A stretch of DNA of 64,000 nt, from the IMG/VR virus record IMGVR_UViG_3300020048_000073, positions 28,419 to 92,418 of that record. The stretch is one strand, 5' to 3'. This document shows, piece after piece, positions 1 to 13,800 of the stretch (its first letter is position 1; each line of letters starts with the position of its first letter). A program made the position numbers and the translations under genes. The notes below the pieces were generated by a model that was given only the letters and a program-made list of their open reading frames with translations, searched no databases and was not told the DNA's origin. Origin of the DNA: a virus.

Positions 1-1
1 T

Positions 2-1048
2 GATATTGCATTAATAGGACAAGACGCATTGGGACCACCTGCCGTTGGAATTTTAACACCTACAGAAGTTGCGGCGTGTATGGCACAGATAATTCGTTTG
101 GTAGAACAACCGTTTACTGTTGCTACAAATGAAAAAGGTATTGGTAAGTATGGATTTTCTGCTCAACAACTTGAACGAGTGGGATACATTAAACCCAACA
201 CATATGAAATTTACATCAAGCCCGATCCATCTTTATTCCTTGACGTATTAAATTCGCCTAGTATTTGGAACGGGTTAAACGGAGTAACTGGATTAGACAC
301 TATTCTTACCGACGACCCAAGACAAAACGCTATTCAAATACAATTAATGGAAAACGGATATCAGGGACTGACGGCTGCCGGCACTATTCAGCCTCCGGTG
401 CAAGCAGGAGAAGCTGTGTTAACAGGAGAAGTGTACACCAACACATCAGCCACAGCACTAGCCGCGGCAAGCATTGTGGGATTGGTAACACAAAACTCTG
501 CCGCACTAATAAACATATCTACAAAATTTGGACCGCAGGTAGCAGATTTGTGGAGTAAAGGATTAACCTTGCCGTCGCTTACTCCAACTCCAGATATCTT
601 AGGTAAAGCAAGTCAATATGCTGCCAGCTTTGCCAAAGGGCAACTGGGTGCGATACAGGGTCAACTGGGTGCGATACAGGGTCAACTGGGTGCGATACCA
701 GGACAACTGTCAGGACAATTAACCGCCTTACAGGGGCAATTTGGCAGTCTAATATCAGGAGTAAAACAAGGTGCCGGATATGTCAATACCGTGAACAGAG
801 CCACAGTGGATGCGGCAGTTACTCGTATCATTGGCAACGCCAAAGTACCCACTCCAAATTACACACTACCTGGTTCCGCCACAGCACTAAACAATTTAGA
901 CATAAAACAAGCACAAACAGCATTGACTACGGTGTTACGCCAAGGACAACAAGTGTTGACACTGGCACAAAATTTACAGGGACAGGGTTCGGTGATAGCA
1001 CAGAATTTACGGTCCCAAGGGTCAGCAATAACTCAACGGATTTTATAG
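2..1048 (+). CDS. 5'-truncated virion/baseplate hub-associated protein (C-terminal part)
   Basis: Frame is open from the window edge. Lies directly upstream of gp25-like and gp6-like genes. Q/G/L-rich heptad C-terminus. Confidence 0.5.
   Translation, partial: DIALIGQDALGPPAVGILTPTEVAACMAQIIRLVEQPFTVATNEKGIGKYGFSAQQLERVGYIKPNTYEIYIKPDPSLFLDVLNSPSIWNGLNGVTGLDTILTDDPRQNAIQIQLMENGYQGLTAAGTIQPPVQAGEAVLTGEVYTNTSATALAAASIVGLVTQNSAALINISTKFGPQVADLWSKGLTLPSLTPTPDILGKASQYAASFAKGQLGAIQGQLGAIQGQLGAIPGQLSGQLTALQGQFGSLISGVKQGAGYVNTVNRATVDAAVTRIIGNAKVPTPNYTLPGSATALNNLDIKQAQTALTTVLRQGQQVLTLAQNLQGQGSVIAQNLRSQGSAITQRIL
638..700 (+). repeat. 3 x 21-bp in-frame tandem repeat encoding GQLGAIQ
   Basis: ggNcaactgggtgcgatacag repeated three times (third copy ends cca). 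Confidence 0.9.
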
Positions 1049-1063
1049 ACGGTAAATACACTT

Positions 1064-1438
1064 ATGACTACATTTATTGGGTTTAGCACTATTGATCAAT
1101 ACAAAAAATTTACACTTGTGGATTTTGAGTTAATTAAACGCGATTTGCTTAATGCTTTTAGTATTCAGCAAGGACAACTGCCAGGCAAACCAGAATACGG
1201 CACATTGTTGTGGAATTACATATTTGAAAATCAAACTCAAGATACTGAGCGAGCTATCATAGCCGAAGTACAACGAGTAGCAGGAAACGATCCTAGAATT
1301 TATATTAACGAAATAGAAATTTTTCCGCAATTAAACGGCATTTTAATACAAATTGAAGTACTAGTTGTGCCCACCACAGATGCGCAACGATTAAGCCTTT
1401 TCTTTGATCAAGATTCAAGACGAGCATCATTCGTTTAA
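1064..1438 (+). CDS. Baseplate wedge subunit, T4 gp25/GPW-like
   Basis: 124 aa. LIKRDLLN...G..PEYGTLLW.YIFE...DPRI pattern typical of gp25. Followed by a gp6-like gene. Confidence 0.8.
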   Translation: MTTFIGFSTIDQYKKFTLVDFELIKRDLLNAFSIQQGQLPGKPEYGTLLWNYIFENQTQDTERAIIAEVQRVAGNDPRIYINEIEIFPQLNGILIQIEVLVVPTTDAQRLSLFFDQDSRRASFV

Positions 1439-1444
1439 AAACTA

Positions 1445-1468
1445 CGTACATTAAAAATTAAATAAATA
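1445..1468 (+). promoter_or_regulatory. Putative late promoter CGTACATTAAA-N6-ATAAATA
   Basis: T4-late-like ATAAATA 19 nt before the ATG at 1488. The same bipartite motif occurs at 20971-20994. Confidence 0.55.
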
Positions 1469-1487
1469 TTAGAACATTGGGAATAAC

Positions 1488-4400
1488 ATGGCACGCACCA
1501 CAAGACAAACAGTCATATTTGGAGTAGAAGATTGGAAACGAATCTATCAAACATATCGCGAAGGTGACTTTCAATCCTACGATTTTGAGACTCTGCGTAA
1601 AAGTTTTGTAGATTATCTGCGTCTGTATTATCCAGAAACATTTAACGACTACATTGAGTCATCAGAATTCATTGCCTTACTAGACGTAATGGCCTTTGAA
1701 GGGCAAGCACTGGCGTTCCGTACAGATTTAAATACACGTGAAAATTTCTTAGACACTGCAGAACGCAGAGACAGTGTTGTTAAACTGGCAAATTTAGTTG
1801 GTTACACTCCCAAGCGCAACACTCCGTCAAGCGGATATCTTAAAGTTTTTTCAGTACAGACTACTGAGAATGTTATTGATTACAACGGAGTTAACTTAGC
1901 AAGCGTAACCGTAAATTGGGCCGATCCCAGTAATTTTGACTGGCAAGAACAATTCAGTGCCATTATCAATGCCAGCCTACTAGACACACAGCGAGTGGGC
2001 GTGCCTGCTAACCGCCAAGATATTCTAGGGGTAGAAACTGCCGAATACACAGTTAACCTTGTGCCTGGGTTTTTACCTATTGTGCCTTTTACCGCTACAA
2101 TAGATGGTGTTAATATGCCGTTTGAAGCGGTCAATGCCTCATCAAGAGGAGCTGATTTTGTTTACGAACCTAGTCCATTGCCCAATGGCAGATTTAATGT
2201 GTTGTTCCGTAATGACACACTGGGTTTTCAAAGTGCCAATACAGGTTACTTTTTTTACTTTAAACAAGGTGTATTACAAAATCAAGATTTTAACTTACCC
2301 GAACGAATTTCAAATCGAGTTGTAAACATAAACATTGAAGGATGTAACAATCAAGATCATTGGTTGTATCAATTAGACAATGTGGGTAACATATCTACAG
2401 AGTGGGTTTTTACACAGTCTGTTTACGGCGCTGCCGCCGAACAACTTAGTCCTAATATTCGAAACCTGTACTCAATCACATCACGGGTTAACGATCAAAT
2501 ATCATTAAACTTTGGTGACGGGGTCTTTTCTCAAATTCCAGTAGGGACATTCCGCGCCTATGTGCGTGCTTCGAACGGATTACAGTATATTATTAATCCA
2601 AGTGAAATGCAAAGCGTGTTAATTCCTATTAGCTATGTAAGTCGTACTGGACAAATTGAAACTATTACATTTACATGTGGCATTACTAATCCAATCAGTA
2701 ATGCGCAAGCTCGTGAAACAATTGAACAAATTAAACAACGTGCTCCTGCTCGTTATTACACACAAGACCGTATGGTCAACGGCGAAGACTACACTAATTT
2801 TCCGTTTACAACATACAATAGCATTTTAAAAAGCTCAGCGGTCAACAGAGCCAGTATAGGAACTAGTCGTTATTTAGATTTAGTTGACAACACAGGAAAA
2901 TACAGCTCAACAAACAGTTTTGCATCTGACGGTGCGCTGTATGAAGATAATGATAATGCATCTTTTACGTTTGCGTGGCAATCAGTTAACGATATTACCG
3001 ATGCCATTGTTAATCAAGTTGAGCCACAACTAATTAGCACAGGATTACGTCAGTTCTATTACGCAAATTTTGATCGTCCACCTTTGGAATTTTTAAATGT
3101 AGGTTGGGTGCAGAGTACCACTTTAGTCAATGAAACCACTGGCTACTTTAAAAGTAACACCGGCGGCCCTATTCCTATTGGTCCCTTTACCAGTAACAAT
3201 TTTAAATATGTTGTGGTAGGAGCCTTGGTTAAATTTGTTCCTCCGGCTGGATATTACTTTAACAAAGATAATAGGTTAGTATTGGGAACACCATTATCTG
3301 ACACTGACAAATTGGTTTTATGGGCTAGCCCCAGTGCCGTGGTCAACGAAGGAACCAATCAAGGTGCTGGAAATTTCCCTGATGGGGTAGGTCCAGTGGT
3401 GCTTAATAATTTTATTCCAACAGGAGCCATTGCTTCACAAGTTATTCCTTTATTTGTTACAGATTTACCAGCCAGCGTTGAGGTATCTGTTGCAGAACAA
3501 ATTAGTTTTAATCAAAATTTTGGACTTGGTTACAATAATTTAACACAAACTTGGTATGTAATAACTGCTTCTAACATTGATATCAATGCCCCTTACAGTC
3601 AGGCCAATCAACAAAGCACCGCCGGAGTCAATAATGATGCCAGTTGGTTAATACAATTTGTGACCAACGGAACACAATACACAGTTCAAGTTAGAAACTT
3701 GGTGTATTATTTTGGTAGTGTTTTACAAACTCGCTTTTTTTACTTTACTGATGACAAAATTTATGATCCACGAACTGGAGTTGTAATTTCAGACTTTATT
3801 AATGTATTAAAAACCAATAGTAGACCTGATAGTAATTCGCCTTTGTTGGGCGACACTGTGTTAAAGATTGTAGGCCAACCAATACAAAGTGATGGATATG
3901 TAGATGACTACCAAGTTTTAGTCAGCTTTCAAGATAACAGCGGTGACGGCGTACCTGACAATCCAGATTTTTTCAACGACATAGTTGCTCCCAATGTAAA
4001 TCCTAATCAAAAATTAGTATTTTTTCAATCAACAGTTGACTTTGACGACCTACAAAGATATTTGTTATTGGAGCCAGGCATAGTTAATTCAAATTATCCT
4101 ACACTTGACAGCATTGAGTTAGTAAAAACTGAATTTTCTCCCGGGCAAGTGTTTTATGCCTATTCAGCACAGTTATTTTACGTACTGACCTTAACAGTAG
4201 TGGGACAACTTATTCTTGTGCCATCAACAGAATACTTGGCAAAAACAGGAAGACAAGCACTGTTCTTTCAATACAGACATAATGCCCCGTTGACGGCTAG
4301 GATTGATCCTGGTAGCACTAACATTATTGACTTGTACATCGTAACATTGGCTTACTACACTGCTTATCAAAATTGGATTAAAGATATTACTGGCACAGTA

Positions 4401-4892
4401 TTGGAACCAAGTCCACCTACCATTGATGAACTAACAACTGAATACACTGGACTACAAAATTACAAAATGTTATCTGATAATTTAATTTTAAATTCTGTAG
4501 AATTCTTGCCTTTGTTTGGCAGCAAGGCGCCTGAAAATTTACGTGCTACAATTAAAGTAATTGCTGCCAGCAATACAACTGCCAGTATCAGTGAAATAAA
4601 AAATTCTGTAGTGCAGGCAATGGATGCTTACTTTAGTTTAGACAAGTGGGATTTTGGAGAAACATTTTATTTCTCAGAGTTGGCAGCATACATCCACAGC
4701 GAAATAGGTGGAATAGTGTCATCCGTTGTATTAGTTCCTTTAAACACACAAAAATCATTTGGCGACTTGTATGAAATAAGATCAGCACCATATCAAATTT
4801 TTGTCAATGGTGCCACTGTAGATAACATTGAAGTTATTACAGCCCTTACCAGCAACAATTTACAAACTGCCCCAGGCAGCGGGGTTATCTAA
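1488..4892 (+). CDS. Baseplate wedge subunit, T4 gp6-like
   Basis: YDFETLR...FNDYIESSEFIALLD...ENFLDTAERRDSVVKLA..GY.P N-terminus and ETIEQIKQRAP..Y.TQDRMV..EDY motif. Confidence 0.85.
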   Translation: MARTTRQTVIFGVEDWKRIYQTYREGDFQSYDFETLRKSFVDYLRLYYPETFNDYIESSEFIALLDVMAFEGQALAFRTDLNTRENFLDTAERRDSVVKLANLVGYTPKRNTPSSGYLKVFSVQTTENVIDYNGVNLASVTVNWADPSNFDWQEQFSAIINASLLDTQRVGVPANRQDILGVETAEYTVNLVPGFLPIVPFTATIDGVNMPFEAVNASSRGADFVYEPSPLPNGRFNVLFRNDTLGFQSANTGYFFYFKQGVLQNQDFNLPERISNRVVNINIEGCNNQDHWLYQLDNVGNISTEWVFTQSVYGAAAEQLSPNIRNLYSITSRVNDQISLNFGDGVFSQIPVGTFRAYVRASNGLQYIINPSEMQSVLIPISYVSRTGQIETITFTCGITNPISNAQARETIEQIKQRAPARYYTQDRMVNGEDYTNFPFTTYNSILKSSAVNRASIGTSRYLDLVDNTGKYSSTNSFASDGALYEDNDNASFTFAWQSVNDITDAIVNQVEPQLISTGLRQFYYANFDRPPLEFLNVGWVQSTTLVNETTGYFKSNTGGPIPIGPFTSNNFKYVVVGALVKFVPPAGYYFNKDNRLVLGTPLSDTDKLVLWASPSAVVNEGTNQGAGNFPDGVGPVVLNNFIPTGAIASQVIPLFVTDLPASVEVSVAEQISFNQNFGLGYNNLTQTWYVITASNIDINAPYSQANQQSTAGVNNDASWLIQFVTNGTQYTVQVRNLVYYFGSVLQTRFFYFTDDKIYDPRTGVVISDFINVLKTNSRPDSNSPLLGDTVLKIVGQPIQSDGYVDDYQVLVSFQDNSGDGVPDNPDFFNDIVAPNVNPNQKLVFFQSTVDFDDLQRYLLLEPGIVNSNYPTLDSIELVKTEFSPGQVFYAYSAQLFYVLTLTVVGQLILVPSTEYLAKTGRQALFFQYRHNAPLTARIDPGSTNIIDLYIVTLAYYTAYQNWIKDITGTVLEPSPPTIDELTTEYTGLQNYKMLSDNLILNSVEFLPLFGSKAPENLRATIKVIAASNTTASISEIKNSVVQAMDAYFSLDKWDFGETFYFSELAAYIHSEIGGIVSSVVLVPLNTQKSFGDLYEIRSAPYQIFVNGATVDNIEVITALTSNNLQTAPGSGVI

Positions 4893-7800
4893 TGGTTAAT
4901 CGTGTAAGATCGGTAGATTTTTTACCGCCAATATTTCAAACTCCCACTAATAGACAGTTTTTAGGTGCAACATTTGATCAACTGGTACAAGAACCAGGAT
5001 TTAAAAAGACTGAAGGCTTTATTGGTCGTCAAGTAGGCCCCGGAGTAAATCCACGGGACAGCTACATATTAGAAACTACAAAGACACGTGCAGATTATCA
5101 ATTGGAGCCAGGGGTAGTTAGTTTAAAACCAACTGACACTACAAAAATAACCAACACCATCACTTATCCAGGGATCAATGATGCGTTGAATCTACAAGGT
5201 GCTTATGTTGATGATCCTGATCGACTGTACTCTTCAGAATATTATGCGTTTGACCCTTTTGTTGATTTAGACAAATTTATTAACTACAGTCAATATTTCT
5301 GGATACCTGTGGGCCCGCAGGCCGTGGCAGTAAATGCTAGACAATACAATTTTACAGAAGATTTTACAGTTACACGAAATCCAGATACCAATGCCTACAC
5401 ATTTAGCGATACCACTGGCGCAATATTTGGCAACAACCCTACTATTACATTATTACGTACTGGTAACTACAATTTTACTGTTGAACAAAATTTAACACAA
5501 ACAGAAACTGTACCAGTTAACGTGGTGGGCAGTAACGGATACACCATTAATAATGCTGTTAACCCCACTGTGCAGTTAGTGCGTGGCAACACCTATGTTT
5601 TTGATTTTACATATGGGTTTGGTGTTAATTCTTTCTATATAAAAACTGTTATCAGTGCCGGGACGATTGATCTTTGGACCGATGGCATAACCAACAACGG
5701 TGGTACAGGTCCCACGGGCCAACTTATTTTTAAAGTTCCGCAAGATGCGCCCAATACATTGTTTTATTGTGACCTACTGGCATCATCTAACTTTCAAGGG
5801 CAGTTTGATATTATTGATGCAGTATCTGGCACAGGTCCATTATTTTCTATTCAAACTCAACCAGGTGTAGAAGGCGAAATATCGTGGAGTCCTAATATTA
5901 GTTCACGTGTGCCTACAATAGGCGGTGTAACTAACAACACTACTGATTTAGGCGTAATTAATTTTATACCGCCAACCACAATAGCACAAAATTATTTTTA
6001 CAATTTAACTAATATTGGCGGCTGTGATTTAATTAGCAACAATGTTCCGCTGGCGTATTTCCAAGGATCACCTACTGTCGCAAACTTTATTTCTACTTAC
6101 GGAAATATTGATGGAATCAATAACTTAGACGGAAGAACTATTTTCTTCCCTAGTGAAAATGACAACACAATTTATTTGATTACATATGTAGCCGGTAACA
6201 TAACAATAACTGTGTCTACTGTAGTGAGTAACGACACAAAATTTACTATTTTGTTTGGCGCTCAATACATTAATACAACATGGTACAGAGGCACAACCGG
6301 TAATGTAATACAAATGCCGTTACTGACCGCCTTGGATTCTGAACTGTATTATCAAGATAGCGAAGATCCGTTAATGTTTGGTAAGATTAACTTAATAGAT
6401 GCTACTAGTACAGCAATTTTAGACATCAATGAAATTTTAGGATCTAAGCAATACACTTCTCCTAATGGAGTTGCATTTACCTCTGGGTTAATTGTGTTTT
6501 TTGATGGATTAACTACGCCTGCTTCGTATCAAAATAGTTATTTTGTAGTAGAAGGAGTGGGTGAATCTATTACCCTTACACCATTGGCCAATTTAGTAGT
6601 GCCTGAAACATATGCGAATAATTTAAGTATTCCCTACGATAGCACAAACTATGACATGTATCCCTATGACGGTGATTTGAATGCTCCAATAGATCTTGAC
6701 TACATTGTTATGAATCGGGCTAGTCCAGACAACAATGCGTGGAGCCGATGCAATCGCTGGTTCCACGTTGACACAATTACTGCCGCTGCTCAATACAACA
6801 ATCAGGTACCAGATTTTTCTAATTTTGAACGGGCCCGCCGTCCCATTTTAGAATACAGAAGTGGAATTAAATTGTTTGACAGCGGAACATTAGGTGCGTC
6901 ACCCATTACTGTAATTGATTTGACAACAACTAATGCATTGTTGACCGTTAACGGCCAACCTGAGTTTGTCATTGACCAATTTAGTTTGTTAGAAGGATCA
7001 ACTGTAATATTTGCCGCAGACACTGATCCAAGAGTACGAAACAAAATTTGGCAAGTTAGTTTTGTCACACCAGATTCAACACCCGCAACCAACGCAGGTG
7101 ATTTTGTTGTGGGTAGAACCTATAGAATTGTAACGTTAGGAAATACTAATTTTACCGCCGTAGGTGCGACCAGCAACACAGTAGGAACTGAATTTACTGC
7201 CACTGGGGTGGGCACCGGCACCGGCACAGCAGAATTTATACAGCCGGTAATTAATTTAACTGCTATTTACACCATGCTGATTAATGACATGGTGGTGACA
7301 TTAACAGGTGCAACAACCAAAGGCACTTCGTGGTATTGGGACGGAATTGAATATCTGCGAGCTCAACAGAAAACTTCTATTAACCAAGCACCCTTCTTTG
7401 ATGTGTTTGACGTAGATAATGTTAGTTTTGGCGATCAGATAAAATATCCCAGTACGTCATTTAGGGGCAACAAATTATTCAGTTATGCGGTAGGCACAGG
7501 TCAAGACGATCCAGTATTGGGCTTTCCTTTAAGATACCGCACTATTTCCAACATATTTGACATTATTTTTGATAATAATTTGTACACAGACACATTTACG
7601 TTTACTAAAGACCGTGTGGGCAGTACGCTGAATGTAAGTACAGGGTTTGTGCACGAATACACCAACCGAACTGATTACGCTCGATTATTAGGTTGGCAAA
7701 CTGCTATTACTAGAAGTTTAGTAAGACAACAATTTAGATTTACCTACGACGGAACTCCTTTACAGTTTGATATTTTTATCAGTCCAAACTTTAGAGTCCC

Positions 7801-10800
7801 GTCTATTCAACTTTATCGAAATTCTAAATTTTTAGATCCTAGCAATTACACTGTAAGTCAAAACGACAAAGGATCTATTATTACTATTGATTCTGGGGTC
7901 GCTGAAATAGATGATATCATCGAAGCAGCAGTGTTGTCTAGTCAAATTAGTACACAAGGATTTTATCAAGTACCTATTAATTTAAGCAATAATCCATTGA
8001 ATGCCAATAGTGCCGAATTTACCTTGGGCACCGTGCGCACTCACTATCAAACTATTTGCGAAAACTTAATTGATCTGCAAGGGCCAGTTGACGGTGCCAA
8101 CAATACTCGTGATCTTGGAAATATTTTACCTTACGGGTTAACAATTTTACAACAAAGTAGTCCTGTAACATTGGCCGGCTACTTTATGCGTGAAGAACAG
8201 TATGATATTTTTAACGCATTAGACTACAACGGTCGAGAGTATATTAAATTCAAAGATAAATTGTTAGACAATGTTGTTACTAATGACTACACTAACTTGA
8301 CAATACCCGAAGTAGTTGATGCTGCTATTGCTGATATTAATCGCGGTAAAACTGACACATATCCGTTCTATTGGAGTGACATGTTACCTGCCAGTGGCAG
8401 CTACACTACTACAACAATAGAAGTTACTCCTATTACAGGCGACACATTTACTACTGTTCAAACATACAACTTTAGCAGTGCTAACTTTTTGGGATTGTTG
8501 GTGTATCTTAACGGTGAACAATTAAATATTGGTCAACAATACACAGTGGCAACTGACGGTCCACGATTGACAATCTTAGTTCCCTTGACCGTAGGCGATA
8601 TCCTTACTATTAACGAATACAATAATACCGCTGGTAATTTTGTGCCTAATACACCTAGTAAAATGGGCCTTTACCCAGCGTATGCGCCTGAGCTTTACTA
8701 TGACACTACTTACGCAGAACCTACTTTTGTTGTGTTGGGGCATGACGGTAGTAAGACTATTGCCTTCCCCGACTATAGAACACAAGTATTGTTAGAATTT
8801 GAAAAACGAATTTACAACAACATTAAAATGCAGGGTAATCCTGTACCACTGTTTACTGAATCTGTTGTACCTGGATTCTTTAGTCCAATCAGCTATGTAG
8901 ACAGTGTGGGCGTACTACCACCAGGGCTTGTAAATGTGTTACCTGGATATTTCCGAGGAATAGATTATTCCAGCCCTGAAGTCACTGCCATTCTAAGTAA
9001 AAGTTTTCTGTCATGGGTGGGTTGGAACAAATTAGACTACAAAACACAGGACTATATAGCACAAAATGCTTTCTCTTGGAATTACAGTCAATCCGGAAAC
9101 AAAATTACCAATGAACCACTACAAGGTGCTTGGCGCGGTATCTATCGTTATTTTTATGACACTGATACTCCTAATTTAACTCCATGGGAAATGTTGGGCT
9201 TTACAGTTGAACCAAGTTGGTGGTCTTTACGTTACGGCCCAGCACCTTACACAGCAGGTAACTTAGTCTTGTGGGACGATTTAGAAAACGGTATTGTTGC
9301 CGATCCTGCTGGTCCTTACATTTTACCTGAATATGTTCGTCCTGGACTTGATAAAGTAATCCCTGTAGATGAACAGGGTGAGTTATTATCACCTTTTGAA
9401 TCAGTAGTAGGTAACTATGATGAAAATTCATTCCGAAGAAGCTGGCAAGTAGGTGATGGCGGCCCTGTAGAAGCATCGTGGATTTACAGCAGTTCATATC
9501 CGTTTGCCTACATGCGATTGTTGATACTGTCGCGACCAGCAGAATTTTTTGCTTTGTTTGCTGACAGAGATCTATACAAATACAGTCAAGAATTTGGACA
9601 ATACTTGTACAACGGTCGATATCGATTAGACGCCAACGGTGTAGAAGTTTATGGTAACGGAGTAAGCAAAGCATCCTACATCAACTGGATAGTAGACTAC
9701 AATAAACAAATAGGACTTAATTCTACTAAAGATTTAACTGAAGCGTTGCAGAATTTAGACGTGCGGTTGTGCTATCGTTTAGGCGGGTACAGTAGCAAAG
9801 ATTATTTGTCTTTCTTTTGTGAACGCAGCAGCCCCAACAGCTCCAATACCAGCCTATTGATTCCTGATGTCAGCTACAATTTGTCATTGTACAAAAATGT
9901 TCCATTCTCAAATATTGAATACAGTGCGTGTATTGTTGAAGTAGTGGAGGGTGGCTATCAAATTTTTGGATACAGTAATAGTTTGCCTTACTTTACTATT
10001 CAAGTAAGCAATCCCAACGGATTTCAACAAACTATTGAAGCCGGTGGAAAAGTGGTTCAAGTCCCTGCCACCTACACACAACAAGTGGCACAAATACCTT
10101 ACGGTACAACATTTACAAATGATGCGGCAGTGGTAGATTTCTTACTAGGTTACGGAAAATACTTAGAAGACAACGGCATTATCTACGAAACGCAGGAAAA
10201 CGGTTACACAATGAACTGGCGACAAATGGCCGCTGAGTTTGTTTACTTTGCGCAACAAGGTTGGTCGCCTGGTACTATGATTAACTTAAATCCCAGTGCA
10301 ATCACACTGGCTGCGGTAAAAGCCGGTGCTGTTGTTGACACAATAGATAGTATTAGTCCTGAAAACATGGTGTTGGATCAGAATCGTGCTGTGTTACCTA
10401 CTAAAGATTTAATTATAGAACGTTATGGTAATGAATTTACTATTAATTCACCTACCAACCAAACTATTTCATATGCCAATCTCAAGTTTACATCTTATGA
10501 GCAAATAGTTGTATTTGATAATGCAGATACATTTGGCGATTTAATTTATGATCCAGTTACAGGTGCCAGACAAAACCGTCTTAAGGTTGTGGGTTCAATT
10601 ACGTCCGAGTGGGATGGCACCTTTGACACTCGTGGATTTATTTTAAATGAAAACAATATTCAAGAGTGGCAACCAAATCGTAAATATACTAAAGGTGAGA
10701 TTGTGCTGTACAAAAACACCTATTGGTCAGCTCAGACTATTGTTCAACCCAAAGAATTATTTGATTTTAATGACTGGGTAAAGAGCGATTACACTAGGAT

Positions 10801-13800
10801 TCAACAAGGCTTGTTGCCCAACATAGCAACTAAAGCAGATGAATTAACAGATGTGTATGATGTTCGAACTGTAAATTTACAAAGTGATGCCAATTTATTT
10901 GCTTATGGACTAATTGGGTTTAGACCTCGTGAGTACATGGCAGCACTTAATTTAGATGACTCTACACAGGTACAGGTGTATCAACAATTTTTAAAGTCTA
11001 AAGGCACAAGATTATCCACAGACATTTTTACTCGAGCACAGTTTGGCCGATTGTCAGGCGAATACACTATCTACGAAAACTGGGCAACATTAGCTGGCGT
11101 TTATGGTGCACAGGCCAATAAATCGTTTATTGAATTGCGATTAAATGAAGCATTACTGCGCAGTGATCCATCTACAATTCAAATACTGCAACCGCCCAAC
11201 TCCGGCATTGCTAACCAAACAATCTTTTTACAAGATGTGTGGCGAGAAAGTTACAAACTTACCAGTCCAAACGTATTCAAAACTTTTTACCCGCAAGTCA
11301 ATGACTCTACCCTGCCCACAGCCGGATATGTAAATTTTGACGACGCAGACATTACTGTGTTTAATATCAATGACCCCAAGTCAATAGAAGCAAATATTGA
11401 AATAGTGGGCACTGGCACTACCATTTGGATAGCTAAAACTAATAGTTACGACTGGGGCATTTTTAGATGTGAGGTTGAAGGTGCAAGAATTACACAAATA
11501 TCTGACAATTTAAACAGAACATCGTTGGCTACATTTGATCAACCACACGATTTAGCTGTGGGTGATTTAATTATTATTCGTTATTTTAATGAAGCTGTTA
11601 ACGGTGTGTACCGTGTGTTAAGTGTGCCTGCTATTAACTCTATTACTATTGCCTACACGTTTACTCCTTCAGATCAAACAACAATTTTTGGTACTGGCTT
11701 AGTATTTTATCTACAGTCAATGCGTGTTAGTCAAGCCAGCAACATAGCAGATTTGCCCTATGCTGATAGCTTTTTACCTGGCGCCAAAGTTTATGTTGAC
11801 AACGACGGTTTTGGTCATTGGGTAGTGTTAGAAAAAACAGATTCATTTAGCACATCGGAAGTTATTTACAGTACAGGCATTGATCCTTCGTTTAATGTGC
11901 GTTATGGCGCTAGTGTGTCACAATCGTACGACCAAGTGTCGGCATTGGTTGGGGTTCCAGGATTGGATACTGACCAAGGAATAGTTGTAGCTTATCGCAG
12001 AAATAACAATAACAACTATGTTTTTACTGCTCCGTTAAAATTAGACACAATTGGTACTCGAGGATTTGGGCAGAGTAGTTGTTACGGTGACAGTAACTGG
12101 TCAGTCATTGGTGCTCCAAGAAGTTTAAATAATTTGGGTTATGCCGCAATATTATTTCAAAGTACTGGCATTGGCGATTACAGATTTACCCAACTGTTAT
12201 TGCCTCCTGATTATTTGATTAATCCTGTTCAGTCTTTTGGTGAATATGTGTGGATGACTGATGATGATCGTTGGTGTTACGTAGGTGCTCCTGCGGCCAA
12301 CAAAGTTTACGCATACGGCCTACAAAATGTTCAAGTACAAACTGTTTCGTACACTGGTGATGGCACAACTGATACATTTAAATATTCTGATAATATTATC
12401 ATTGACAATACTAAACCCACACAATTATTTGTTAACGTAAATGGAGCCGAACAAATAGCTGGCGTAGATTACACTATTGTTTCTGTAGGATCAGGATTTG
12501 GTGTAGAATTTGTCACAGTACCGCCTGATAATGCTATTATTGGAATATCACGTCGCGAATATCGTCTTTATGGTAGTGAAAGTTACAATAACGTGCCCAG
12601 CACTGCCGTAACTGGGTCTGGCACTGGTGCTACTTTTATTATTACCAACCTTCGAGGTCAATATTCAGTATCCATTGATAACATTGGAACAAATTACGCT
12701 ATTGGTGACACCCTTACAATTTTAGGAACTGCCGTGGGTGGAACAACACCTGCTAATAATATTACTGTTACTGTAACTGCTGTGTCATTTACCGGAATCA
12801 CTGAATTTACATTTGCCGGTACTGGAAATTTTAACACTATTGTAAATGTTGGTGATTATTTCTACACAGCCACAAGTATTGAAACATTTAATCTCAAAAT
12901 AAACAACGTATTACAGAGACCTGAAATAGACTACACTTACAACGTTGGTACTGGCCTTATTGTATTTGCTGTAATCCCAGCTATTGGCGCAGAAATTGTT
13001 GTTAATGCTGGCTCTTACTGGAAATACGCAGGTGAAATAACCCCAGCTGGCATACCAGTTGACGCTGAATTTGGTGCCAGCGTTTCGGCAACTTCCACAG
13101 GCGATCAAGTGGGCATTGGTGCCCCACGTGACGACGGAGCTCAATTAAATTCAGGTGCAGTTTATGTTTACGGAAAAAGCAGTTACACATATATTGTATC
13201 TGATCCCACACAATTGGCCTATGCTATTCCTGGTAATGTTATTAACGGACCTGTAGCAGTTACTCTCAATAATAACTATTTACAAAATTCATATCAGTCT
13301 ATCAATGGTCAATTCACTGTGCCTGTCGGTAACACACAAATTGAGTTGACTACAACCGCGTACGGTAATGCCAACATAGTCAGCGCAACAGGCACATCTG
13401 TAACGTATTCTTTTAATGGGCCAGCTTCCCCTTCGTTTATTGCTGGACAAACTGTAACTGTAACTGACATTAGCCCTGTTAACTACAACGGCACTTTTGT
13501 AATTTCTTCTGTATCAGGCAACACGATTACCGTTTCGTCTACTGTAATGGCCGGTAATGTTATTACTCTAGGTAATATTGTTCAGTACCAAGCCCAGGTT
13601 GGTGATGAAATTACCATTGAAAATAATCAGTTTCAGTTAATACAAAGAATTTTAAGTCATTCCGCAATAGATGAGGAAGATTTTGGTCGTGCTGTGGAAA
13701 TTTGTAGTAATGATTGTTCGATTGTAATAGGTGCTCCCAACGACAGCACACAGTTAACACAATCGGGCTCTGTTGATAGAAATGTTTCGCAACCAGCAAT